A DNA stretch of 64,000 nucleotides from Prochlorococcus sp. AG-402-N10 (GTDB lineage: Bacteria > Cyanobacteriota > Cyanobacteriia > PCC-6307 > Cyanobiaceae). The first letter of the stretch is position 1. Every line of letters begins with the position of its first letter. A model generated the notes under the pieces. That model worked only from the letters and a program-made list of their open reading frames with translations. It ran no database searches and was not told the origin of the DNA. Position numbers and translations under genes: made by a program. Shown here in pieces: positions 1 to 7,954 of this stretch. Location of the stretch: NCBI GenBank assembly GCA_003216465.1, contig QCIU01000006.1, forward strand, positions 4,967 through 68,966, in the 5' to 3' direction.

Positions 1-2
1 AA

Positions 3-182
3 GAAAGTTTTCTTGTGCCACAAAGGGTTGAAAAATTCGAAAGGTTTGTATCTATTCTCGAGAAAAAAACAAAATTAAATATTGATGAATTATCATATAT
101 TTCCCCTTTATGGACCTATAAATTATTAACTTACTTATCTGTTTCTATGATAATTGGAGAAATAGTAGCTTTTGTAATTTAA
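3..182 (+). CDS. 3' end of an unidentified protein whose gene starts upstream of the window; hydrophobic C-terminus
   Basis: The frame is open from the window edge to TAA at 180-182 (...LSYISPLWTYKLLTYLSVSMIIGEIVAFVI*). It is AT-rich like its neighbours and overlaps the convergent regulator gene by 4 nt. No diagnostic motif. Confidence 0.3.
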   Translation, partial: ESFLVPQRVEKFERFVSILEKKTKLNIDELSYISPLWTYKLLTYLSVSMIIGEIVAFVI

Positions 183-916
183 ATATTATCAATGCTAAAT
201 CTATATCCTTGTTGTCTAACTGTTGTAATTCCTCCTCCTTCTCCTAATCCTGCTTGTTCTAATTTTCTTCGCAAAGTAAGAACTTGAGTGTCAACAGATC
301 TTGGGCCACCGCTAAAAGGCGGCCAGGCCATTCTTAGAAGCTCTTGACGGCTTCTTACCATACCTGGGGGCATTAGAAGGGCGCAGAGCAATGCAAACTC
401 TCTAGGGCTTAATTCAACAGGCTTTTCGCTTAAGGTAACTTGTCTTAAAAGTAGATGTACCTCTAAAGGCCCTACTGATACTTTCTCTTGAAGTCCTATC
501 CTGCCTCTTTTTAGAAGAGTTCTGCATCTCGCGGCTAATTCCTCTAAGCCAAAAGGCTTTCTTAGAACATCATCAGCTCCCTCTTCTAATAAGCTTACTA
601 ATGCTTCTACTCCAGATCTTGCCGTAAGAACAATTACTGAGCAGCCCAACTGTTGAGCTAATCTCATTGCAGTATTTTGCTCTAATATCTCTGCACTAAC
701 TAATAAGTCAGGAGATTGTTCTCTACATAAGTCAACAGCTTCCATTGCGGATCCAACCGCGGCAGCTAAATGCCCGTCTTGACGAAGTCTTTGCACTAAG
801 ACAGTTCTTAGTGTGGGGTGAGGTTCAACAACAAGAACTCTCGAAGGAGTTTGAGAGGTCGAAGGCAATTGGGAAGTGCCAGGTGTTGAAGCTAAGATTT
901 GCTCAGTTGATTGCAT
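179..916 (-). CDS. OmpR/PhoB-family response-regulator-like transcription factor with a degenerate (pseudo-)receiver domain
   Basis: Receiver-like N-terminal half (VLVVEPHP..., DLLVSAEIL, VLTAR, GADDVLRKPF). Winged-helix C-terminal half (LSPREFALLCALL..., VDTQVLTLRRKL, GYRF). The acidic pocket and phospho-acceptor Asp positions are substituted. The gene is visibly more GC-rich than its flanks. Confidence 0.8.
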   Translation of the reverse strand: MQSTEQILASTPGTSQLPSTSQTPSRVLVVEPHPTLRTVLVQRLRQDGHLAAAVGSAMEAVDLCREQSPDLLVSAEILEQNTAMRLAQQLGCSVIVLTARSGVEALVSLLEEGADDVLRKPFGLEELAARCRTLLKRGRIGLQEKVSVGPLEVHLLLRQVTLSEKPVELSPREFALLCALLMPPGMVRSRQELLRMAWPPFSGGPRSVDTQVLTLRRKLEQAGLGEGGGITTVRQQGYRFSIDNI

Positions 917-1002
917 TCTTAATTACTGTTTGGCCAGGCAATTTATAATCATCCTTAATAAGGTATAACAAATGCTCAATAAAAATCAGAATCTATAAAA
1001 TT

Positions 1003-1272
1003 ATGACATCATTTGAAAATCCAATAGCAATTCGACATTTTCAATCAATCTGTGATAGTTGCCAAGACCTTGTAACTAGATATCATACTCCCTCTGACTT
1101 GAAATTATATAGTGATGGTTACCTCCAAGCTCTAAGGAATTGCAATACTTTAGAGCCAAAAGATCAAGATAAACTAGAAAGATTAATAGATAGATGGATA
1201 CAAGATCCATCTAGTTTCATAAATCCAGATGATGATGAAAATAAAGGTTTTTTTGATAAAAAAAAGATTTAA
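1003..1272 (+). CDS. small hypothetical protein (89 aa)
   Basis: Clean ATG ORF in an otherwise empty spacer. No motif I can name. Confidence 0.45.
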   Translation: MTSFENPIAIRHFQSICDSCQDLVTRYHTPSDLKLYSDGYLQALRNCNTLEPKDQDKLERLIDRWIQDPSSFINPDDDENKGFFDKKKI

Positions 1273-1321
1273 AATATTAATTTTTATTAACTAAATATAG
1301 TATTTATACTTAGTAAATGTT

Positions 1322-1645
1322 TTAAGACGCTAATTCAATTTCAATTTTTTCTTTTAATGTTCCTGAATTGTACATCTCTATAAGAATATCTGAACCCCCT
1401 AAAAATTCCCCTTTTAAATAAACTTGAGGAATTGTTGGCCAATCTGAGAACTCTTTAATACCCTCTCTTATTTCGAAATCACTTAAAACATCAAAAGTAT
1501 TGAACTCTACTCCCAGTGAATTAAGAATTTGAACTACATTATTAGAAAAACCACATTGAGGCATCAATTTTGTCCCTTTCATAAAGACCATGACAGCATT
1601 AGATTCAATAAGTTTCTGAATTTTATTTTTGGTAAGATTTTCCAT
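1322..1645 (-). CDS. grxD: monothiol glutaredoxin (Grx4/GrxD type)
   Basis: CGFS active site (PQCGFSNNV), WPTIPQVY and GGSDI motifs, 107 aa. Confidence 0.9.
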   Translation of the reverse strand: MENLTKNKIQKLIESNAVMVFMKGTKLMPQCGFSNNVVQILNSLGVEFNTFDVLSDFEIREGIKEFSDWPTIPQVYLKGEFLGGSDILIEMYNSGTLKEKIEIELAS

Positions 1646-1648
1646 AAT

Positions 1649-1879
1649 TTAATTAGGTGTTTCTGTTTTTAGAGCTAGCGCATGGATCGCTTCTGAAGCT
1701 AATTCTTGCTTTAGAGCAGAATAGACAAGTTGATGTTGTTTAACTAATGATAATCCATTAAACACAGATGAAATCACAGTAACTTGCAAATGATCATCTC
1801 CTTTTAGGTTCTCAACATAAACTTCAGAGTCTGTAATTTTTTGTTTTATTAAATTAATCACTTCATTTTTTGTAGTCAT
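1649..1879 (-). CDS. BolA-family protein
   Basis: 76 aa with a BolA-like pattern (...HLQVTVISSVFNGLSLVKQHQLVY...IHALALKT). It lies 3 nt upstream of the monothiol glutaredoxin, the classic Grx-BolA pairing. Confidence 0.75.
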   Translation of the reverse strand: MTTKNEVINLIKQKITDSEVYVENLKGDDHLQVTVISSVFNGLSLVKQHQLVYSALKQELASEAIHALALKTETPN

Positions 1880-1888
1880 TCTTACTTC

Positions 1889-2413
1889 TTATAAACCTCT
1901 ATATGGGGTATCAACAAAACCAAGCTGGATTAAGTTCTTGTAAGCCTCTTTACCTTCTGAGCTAGTAGGAGACATTAACCTAACTATTTCTACAAGTAAA
2001 GGAACTGCCACTTCAGGTTGTTTTTTTCTTTTATATAACGCGGCTAATCTTCCATTTGATTCTGCCCAGATTTGTAATGACTCTTTACCTTTCTCAGCCA
2101 TTTCAGCGGGTATCCTTGCATCTAATCCTCTAAATGAAACATTTAAATCTCCATAAAAACCAGCTAATTGTTTTGCTAAATTTCTTGCTTTGTCAAAAGA
2201 TTCTTTTGCTTTTTCAAATTCTCCATTTTTTATAAAAGTATCTCCCTCTGTTAAGAAGTTTTTTACATTGGTAATTGAAAGCTTTTTATTATTACTAGAA
2301 AGGACTTTATATTTATTTGTATCTTCAACATCTGCATAAACTAAATTTGCAGGGGAAAATATTCCTAAAAAAACAAAAATAATTGGAATTAATTTTAAGA
2401 ATTGCATATTCAT
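1889..2413 (-). CDS. secreted or periplasmic hypothetical protein, helical/TPR-like
   Basis: N-terminal signal-like segment (MNMQFLKLIPIIFVFLGIFSPANLVYA), then a helical, K/E-rich sequence. Confidence 0.5.
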   Translation of the reverse strand: MNMQFLKLIPIIFVFLGIFSPANLVYADVEDTNKYKVLSSNNKKLSITNVKNFLTEGDTFIKNGEFEKAKESFDKARNLAKQLAGFYGDLNVSFRGLDARIPAEMAEKGKESLQIWAESNGRLAALYKRKKQPEVAVPLLVEIVRLMSPTSSEGKEAYKNLIQLGFVDTPYRGL

Positions 2414-2449
2414 TTGATTTGATATATTTAATATTAACTGATTATAGAT

Positions 2450-3124
2450 TCATCTACCTACATTTTTTAAAGCTGCCATTTCAGCTTTATGCATTTTCTT
2501 ATCTAATATTTCGTTAAATTGGACAATAGATAAATCTAAATCTTTATCTATAATTAATGGCTCTCCAAAAGACAAAGAAACTTTACTTCTAAACTTTGGA
2601 GGTACTTCGCTATAAGCTATACCTATAGGAATAATAGTTATATGGTTAGTTTTTTTTGTTGCCAACTTAGCTAACCTAAAGAGCCCTTCTTTGAGTGGAA
2701 TTTTATTTCCATTTTTATTAATCCTTCCTTCGGGGAAAACTACTAGTTGCTTTTTTTTGATTATTAAGTTTACTGCATATCTCAAAACTGAAAGAGAAGG
2801 AGATTTTTGATTTATTGAAAAACAACCAAGTCTTTTTAAAAACCAACCTTGGATCCCCTTCATCTCAGAGTTAGTGACCATAAATCTACAGTCTTTTTTT
2901 GTAATCCTCCTACCCATTGCCATAGTAAGGATTAACCCGTCCCACCTGGATCTATGGGTAGGAGCTAAAATAACTGAGCTGCTATTGGGTATTGAAAAGT
3001 CTTTATTAATAATACTTTTTTCTTTAAAAAATATTTTCATAATAATGTCCTGAGTTATAAACATTGCGACTAGACCCAAAAAAGGGTTTATTTCCTGCCA
3101 AATATAAATATTTTTCTTATTCAA
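2450..3124 (-). CDS. plsC: 1-acyl-sn-glycerol-3-phosphate acyltransferase family
   Basis: HX4D acyltransferase box (PTHRSRWDG) and FPEGR box. Confidence 0.75.
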   Translation of the reverse strand: MNKKNIYIWQEINPFLGLVAMFITQDIIMKIFFKEKSIINKDFSIPNSSSVILAPTHRSRWDGLILTMAMGRRITKKDCRFMVTNSEMKGIQGWFLKRLGCFSINQKSPSLSVLRYAVNLIIKKKQLVVFPEGRINKNGNKIPLKEGLFRLAKLATKKTNHITIIPIGIAYSEVPPKFRSKVSLSFGEPLIIDKDLDLSIVQFNEILDKKMHKAEMAALKNVGR

Positions 3125-3224
3125 TTCATATTTATTGTATATTAATAAATTATACGATTGTAATTTTTAATTAGCTATTATTAGTTCGGTTAGAAGATAG
3201 TCTAAACCAAGAATTATTAATTTT

Positions 3225-3941
3225 ATGCCAACATTAGGAGTAAATATAGATCACATTGCAAATGTCCGGCAGGCTAGAAAGTCTATTGAGCCAGACCCAG
3301 TTCAATTTGCTTTTTTAGCAGAAATAGGTGGTGCGAATTCAATAACAGTTCACTTGAGAGAAGATAGGAGGCATATACAAGATCGAGATGTATTTCTTTT
3401 AAAAGATACTATTAAAACAAAACTCAATTTAGAAATGGCAGCTACTGAAGAAATGTTGAATATATCTAAAAAGTTACTTCCAGATTACGTAACACTTGTA
3501 CCAGAAAAAAGAGAAGAAGTTACAACAGAAGGAGGTTTGGATGTTATGAATAATGAAAAATATCTTAGAGATTACGTTAAGTGTTTAAGAGATTCAAATA
3601 TCAAAGTAAGTGCATTTATTGATCCTGTTAACAAGCAGATTAATTCTTCAAGAGAAATAGGGTTTGATTTTATAGAGTTACATACTGGTAAATATGCTGA
3701 TTTAAATGGTCAAGAGCAATATGAAGAACTCCAGAAAATTATTGAATGTACTTATTTTGCAGTTGATCTTGGATTGGTCGTTAATGCTGGCCATGGGCTT
3801 AACTATCAGAATGTAGAAAAGATTGCAGCAATTAACAATATGAATGAGTTAAACATTGGACATAGTATTGTTGCAAGGGCTTTAGCGGTAGGTTTGGAAA
3901 AAGCTGTGCGCGAAATGAAGTCTATTATTTCAACAAATTAA
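3225..3941 (+). CDS. pdxJ: pyridoxine 5'-phosphate synthase
   Basis: N-terminus LGVNIDHIANVRQAR, HLREDRRHI, ELHTGKYA and NAGHGLNY motifs; 238 aa. Confidence 0.9.
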   Translation: MPTLGVNIDHIANVRQARKSIEPDPVQFAFLAEIGGANSITVHLREDRRHIQDRDVFLLKDTIKTKLNLEMAATEEMLNISKKLLPDYVTLVPEKREEVTTEGGLDVMNNEKYLRDYVKCLRDSNIKVSAFIDPVNKQINSSREIGFDFIELHTGKYADLNGQEQYEELQKIIECTYFAVDLGLVVNAGHGLNYQNVEKIAAINNMNELNIGHSIVARALAVGLEKAVREMKSIISTN

Positions 3942-3951
3942 TTTTTTTAGA

Positions 3952-4269
3952 ATGACAACTTATTTTTTCGTTGCAGCAAGTGAGAAATTTTTAACATTTG
4001 AAGAACCTCTTGAGGAGATATTAAAAGAAAGGACTAGAAATTTTAAAGAGAATAAAAAGGAAATAAATTTTTGGCTTTTAAAGAATCCATCATTTTTAAA
4101 ATCTTCTCAATTTGTTGATTTAACTACAAAGATCCCCTCTCCTCCAGCTGCAGTTATATCAACTGATAAGAAATTTATAACTTTCTTAAAACTCCGTTTA
4201 GAATTTGTTGCTGTAGGAGAATTTGAATTTCCTAATGCAGAAATAACAGATCCATTTAAAGTTGAGTAA
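3952..4269 (+). CDS. ycf54: Ycf54-family protein (DUF2488), accessory factor of the aerobic Mg-protoporphyrin monomethylester cyclase
   Basis: The pattern TYFFVAASEKFL..EEPLEEILKER.R....KEINFW...P.FL ... KLRLEFV..GEFEFP matches my recollection of cyanobacterial Ycf54. Confidence 0.65.
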   Translation: MTTYFFVAASEKFLTFEEPLEEILKERTRNFKENKKEINFWLLKNPSFLKSSQFVDLTTKIPSPPAAVISTDKKFITFLKLRLEFVAVGEFEFPNAEITDPFKVE

Positions 4270-4286
4270 TGTATCAACAATAAAAA

Positions 4287-7200
4287 TTGCTTAATATTTA
4301 TAAGTCAAATAAAATTGAAGTTATTGGTCAGCTAATAGCAAAAGAATTAATAATTAGCCCCCCTTTAATAACAGAAAAACTTGATTTAGCTGTACCTAAT
4401 TACTTTTTAGGTAAGTGGTTATGGGATGAAATAACTATAAGTAATCAAATAAGTGCTCTCTATGAATTAAAGACCATATCAAATTATACCGAAGCATTAT
4501 TGACGAATTTTTATCCTGAAATTGATATGGGATTATGGAATTTTGAGTCAATTAAATGGGGAATTATTGATTCCTTTGAAGAATTAGCTAGCTATAAAGA
4601 ATCATTACCGCTAAGTAATTGGATTAATAAATACTTAAACAATAAAAAGATAATTGATGGAGATATTTATAATTTGACAAAAAAGATTGCAAATAATTTT
4701 ATTGATTACCTTATATTTAGACCTGAGATGATAGCTAATTGGCATAAATATCAGTTGAATTCTCAAAATCTTTTTAATAATTTAAATTTTAGTGAATATT
4801 GGCAACCAATTCTATATAAATTACTTGAGAAGAAAATGCCTGAAAAACCATCATGTTTATTCATGTTTGAGATAATTAATAATATTAAAAAATTAAAAAA
4901 TCTTAAAAATAAAATACCTAGAAATATCTATATTATTTCTGATAATAATTTATCTAAATTGTACGTTAATTTTTATTCAAAATTAGCAGAATTTACTAAT
5001 GTAAATATATACTTAATTTCTGCTGGGGATAATTTATGGGAAAGAATAAATTCAACTGAGGGAGAAGTTGATTTTAGAACTATTAAGAGTGAATTATATT
5101 TAACTAATTCAAATATTGAAAAAATATTTGGTAAGTTTGGCGCTAATTATCAGAAATTAATAGATGAAACTTTTAATATTGAAAATTTAAAAATAAACAA
5201 TAATTTAATATATATTGATCCAACTATTAATGATTCTGGTAAAAAAGATAATTCTTTAATTAAGCAAATACAGAAAAGACTAATTGATAATAAAGATCAA
5301 GATTTTACTATATATGAAAAGGATGAATCGATTATATTTAGGGGACATGCTAATCAATTAACTCAATTAGAGTATGTACGAAACAAAATTATAGAAATAC
5401 TAGAATCTTACGATGAAATTAAATATAGTGATATTGCTGTAATCTCCCCTCAAACTAGTTTAATAAAACCCTACTTAAAGTATATTTTTAATAATGAGTT
5501 AATAAATGGTCAAAAGTTACCTTATTTTTTTATTGAAGACAATTATGAAGATTCTTCGAATATCAGTAAATTCTTATTTGACATTACTGAATTAGCAAAT
5601 GAGAAAATTACACTTGAAAAAATAGATTATCTTCTTTCTCAAAAAGTTACACAAAATATTTTTAACTTTGAAATTTCCGAAAAGGAAGAAATTATATCAA
5701 TATTAAATCAAGTTGGTTTTCATTGGGGCTTAGATACTAATGAAAGATTAGGTGAAGAAAAAAATACTTTAGATTGGTGTTTAAAAAGAATTACATTAGG
5801 ACTTATTTATGATAAAGAATGTAATTTAAACAATTCTAATCTTAAGGCATTTATTCCTAATAATATTAGTTTGGATTTAAATAGATGGTTGAAAATATTA
5901 TTTCAACTAAAAAAATATATTAGTTTATTAAGAGGTTCTTCTAATTATATAGGCTGGGTTAAAAAGATTAAGTTTATACTTGATAATATTAGAAATTTTA
6001 ATGAAAACTTAGATTTAGAAATTTGTGAAATAAATAAAATAATTGATAATTACTTTATATCGCACATAACAGATCAGATAATTGTTTTAAATGTTTTTAG
6101 AGAAATATTAATTACATGTATAAATAATTCTAAGTATAAAAATCAATCTTATTTAAACAAGATATTAGTAAGTGATATTGAAAAGGTTAGACAGATTCCT
6201 CGTAAAATCATCTTCTTAATAAATATGAATAGTATTTATTATCCAAGATTATCAACTAAAGAAAGTATAAATTTATTAAATAAAAAATATCTTCTTGGGG
6301 ATCCATCAATTTTTGATAGAGAAAAATATTTTTTTCTCGAGTTGTTAATTTCATGTAGAAAGCAACTTATAGTTTCCTGGATTAATAATGACAAAGATAA
6401 TAATAAATTAGAGATTTCTTTTCCTATAAAGGAGTTAATAAATTATTTTGAGAGTTTTTTAACTGTTGAGCAATTTAAGTCTATTATTAAATACTTTGAT
6501 TATCAGAAAAAACAAGTTATTAAACATAAGGATAATAGTTTAAAAAGTAATTATTCATTAATATCTAAGATAGATTGGGAAGAAAAAATATTTGATAGTA
6601 AAAAATTTAAATTATCTGAATTAATTTTTTGGTTTAAAAGGCCACAGCTCTATTGGCTTAATAAAAAAAATATTTCACCGAAAGAAATATTTATTCATCA
6701 TCCTGATGAAGAGTTTGTAACTAATTTACAGAAATCTCAATTAGTTTCTAAAGTTATTCATAAGTTAGAAATTAATAACCATAATATTTTTGATGAATTA
6801 AAAAAATTTAATATAGGCGATCAATTCACTGAAAATGGAATTATTGCGCCAAATAACAGTATTTTTACCAAAGAAAAAGAAATAAAAGATTTGATAGGTA
6901 GCCTAGCTTCAACTTTGAGTAAATATAAAAAAATTTCCAGAGTTTATGTTAAATCAAATTCCAATAAAGAAGAATATTTTATTGCAGATAATATGCTTAT
7001 TGAATTGATTCATTCCAAACTTAGTTTAAAGCGTTTATCAGAGGCTTGGATTAAATTACTTTTTATTTCTTCTTTAGAAAAGAAGATAACAAATACTCAG
7101 GTAATTTTTAGAAAAGAAAATCAATATAAAATAGAAATTATTCAATCACCTGGACCAGAACATTCAAAGCAAATATTAGAGGAATATATAAATATTTTTA

Positions 7201-7469
7201 AGAATTTCTCAGACAAATGCTTACCCCTACCCCCAGAAAGTACTTATAAATATGTCGAAGCAAAGATGCAATCTAAAGATGAAAAAAAAGCTTTTTCAGA
7301 AAGATGGATAGGTAATAAAAATTTTACTAAAGGAGAAAGAGATAATATCGAAATGCAAATATGTTTTGGAAGTAAAAGAGAACCAGATTTCTTTTTTGAG
7401 AATAATAATTTTGATGATTTATCTTTCAGATTTTATGCCCCTTTACTTGAAGCATTAAAAAACAAATAA
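4287..7469 (+). CDS. recC: exodeoxyribonuclease V gamma subunit
   Basis: 1060 aa with N-terminus LNIYKSNKIEVIGQLIA typical of RecC. It sits directly upstream of recB/recD. TTG start as given in the track. Confidence 0.8.
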   Translation: MLNIYKSNKIEVIGQLIAKELIISPPLITEKLDLAVPNYFLGKWLWDEITISNQISALYELKTISNYTEALLTNFYPEIDMGLWNFESIKWGIIDSFEELASYKESLPLSNWINKYLNNKKIIDGDIYNLTKKIANNFIDYLIFRPEMIANWHKYQLNSQNLFNNLNFSEYWQPILYKLLEKKMPEKPSCLFMFEIINNIKKLKNLKNKIPRNIYIISDNNLSKLYVNFYSKLAEFTNVNIYLISAGDNLWERINSTEGEVDFRTIKSELYLTNSNIEKIFGKFGANYQKLIDETFNIENLKINNNLIYIDPTINDSGKKDNSLIKQIQKRLIDNKDQDFTIYEKDESIIFRGHANQLTQLEYVRNKIIEILESYDEIKYSDIAVISPQTSLIKPYLKYIFNNELINGQKLPYFFIEDNYEDSSNISKFLFDITELANEKITLEKIDYLLSQKVTQNIFNFEISEKEEIISILNQVGFHWGLDTNERLGEEKNTLDWCLKRITLGLIYDKECNLNNSNLKAFIPNNISLDLNRWLKILFQLKKYISLLRGSSNYIGWVKKIKFILDNIRNFNENLDLEICEINKIIDNYFISHITDQIIVLNVFREILITCINNSKYKNQSYLNKILVSDIEKVRQIPRKIIFLINMNSIYYPRLSTKESINLLNKKYLLGDPSIFDREKYFFLELLISCRKQLIVSWINNDKDNNKLEISFPIKELINYFESFLTVEQFKSIIKYFDYQKKQVIKHKDNSLKSNYSLISKIDWEEKIFDSKKFKLSELIFWFKRPQLYWLNKKNISPKEIFIHHPDEEFVTNLQKSQLVSKVIHKLEINNHNIFDELKKFNIGDQFTENGIIAPNNSIFTKEKEIKDLIGSLASTLSKYKKISRVYVKSNSNKEEYFIADNMLIELIHSKLSLKRLSEAWIKLLFISSLEKKITNTQVIFRKENQYKIEIIQSPGPEHSKQILEEYINIFKNFSDKCLPLPPESTYKYVEAKMQSKDEKKAFSERWIGNKNFTKGERDNIEMQICFGSKREPDFFFENNNFDDLSFRFYAPLLEALKNK

Positions 7470-7942
7470 TGTCTAAATTTATTTTTAAAAAATTTCTTAA
7501 GGACTTTTTTGAAATAATACTTGTCATTTTTCAGTTTCTTATTATTTGTCTTCATTTTATTAAATTTGAATTTTTTCATAAGATAGAAATAATGCAGGTT
7601 AATTCTAAATCTAGTTTTTTGGGATTTATAATTATCATAATTGCATCAATTATTATGTTAATTGCAATTAAAGACTTAGGGAGTAATTTGTCTCCCTTCC
7701 CAAGACCTATAACTAATGGAAAGCTTATAACTTCTGGAATTTATCGCTTTATTCGACATCCAATGTATTATTCTTTAATACTTATTTCTTTTGGCGTTTT
7801 TATAATTAATCTATCTTTTTATTATTTATTTTTAACAATAAGTCTTACATTGGTAATTAAGTTTAAGATTATTTTAGAGGAGCAATATCTAAATAATAAA
7901 TTTAGAAATTATTTTTTTTATAAAGATAAAGTTAAATATTAA
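7469..7942 (+). CDS. membrane methyltransferase of the isoprenylcysteine carboxyl / phospholipid methyltransferase (ICMT/PEMT) family
   Basis: Several hydrophobic helices, GIYRFIRHPMYYS motif, C-terminal EEQYL...F..Y..YK motif. The start overlaps the recC stop (TAATG). Confidence 0.6.
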   Translation: MSKFIFKKFLKDFFEIILVIFQFLIICLHFIKFEFFHKIEIMQVNSKSSFLGFIIIIIASIIMLIAIKDLGSNLSPFPRPITNGKLITSGIYRFIRHPMYYSLILISFGVFIINLSFYYLFLTISLTLVIKFKIILEEQYLNNKFRNYFFYKDKVKY

Positions 7943-7954
7943 TTTAAGATAAAG

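Noticed and set aside
745-948. 67-aa plus-strand ORF overlapping the 5' part of the response-regulator gene
   Set aside because: It is entirely antisense to a well-supported CDS and has no motif. Its openness is expected from the locally elevated GC. I treat it as a shadow ORF.
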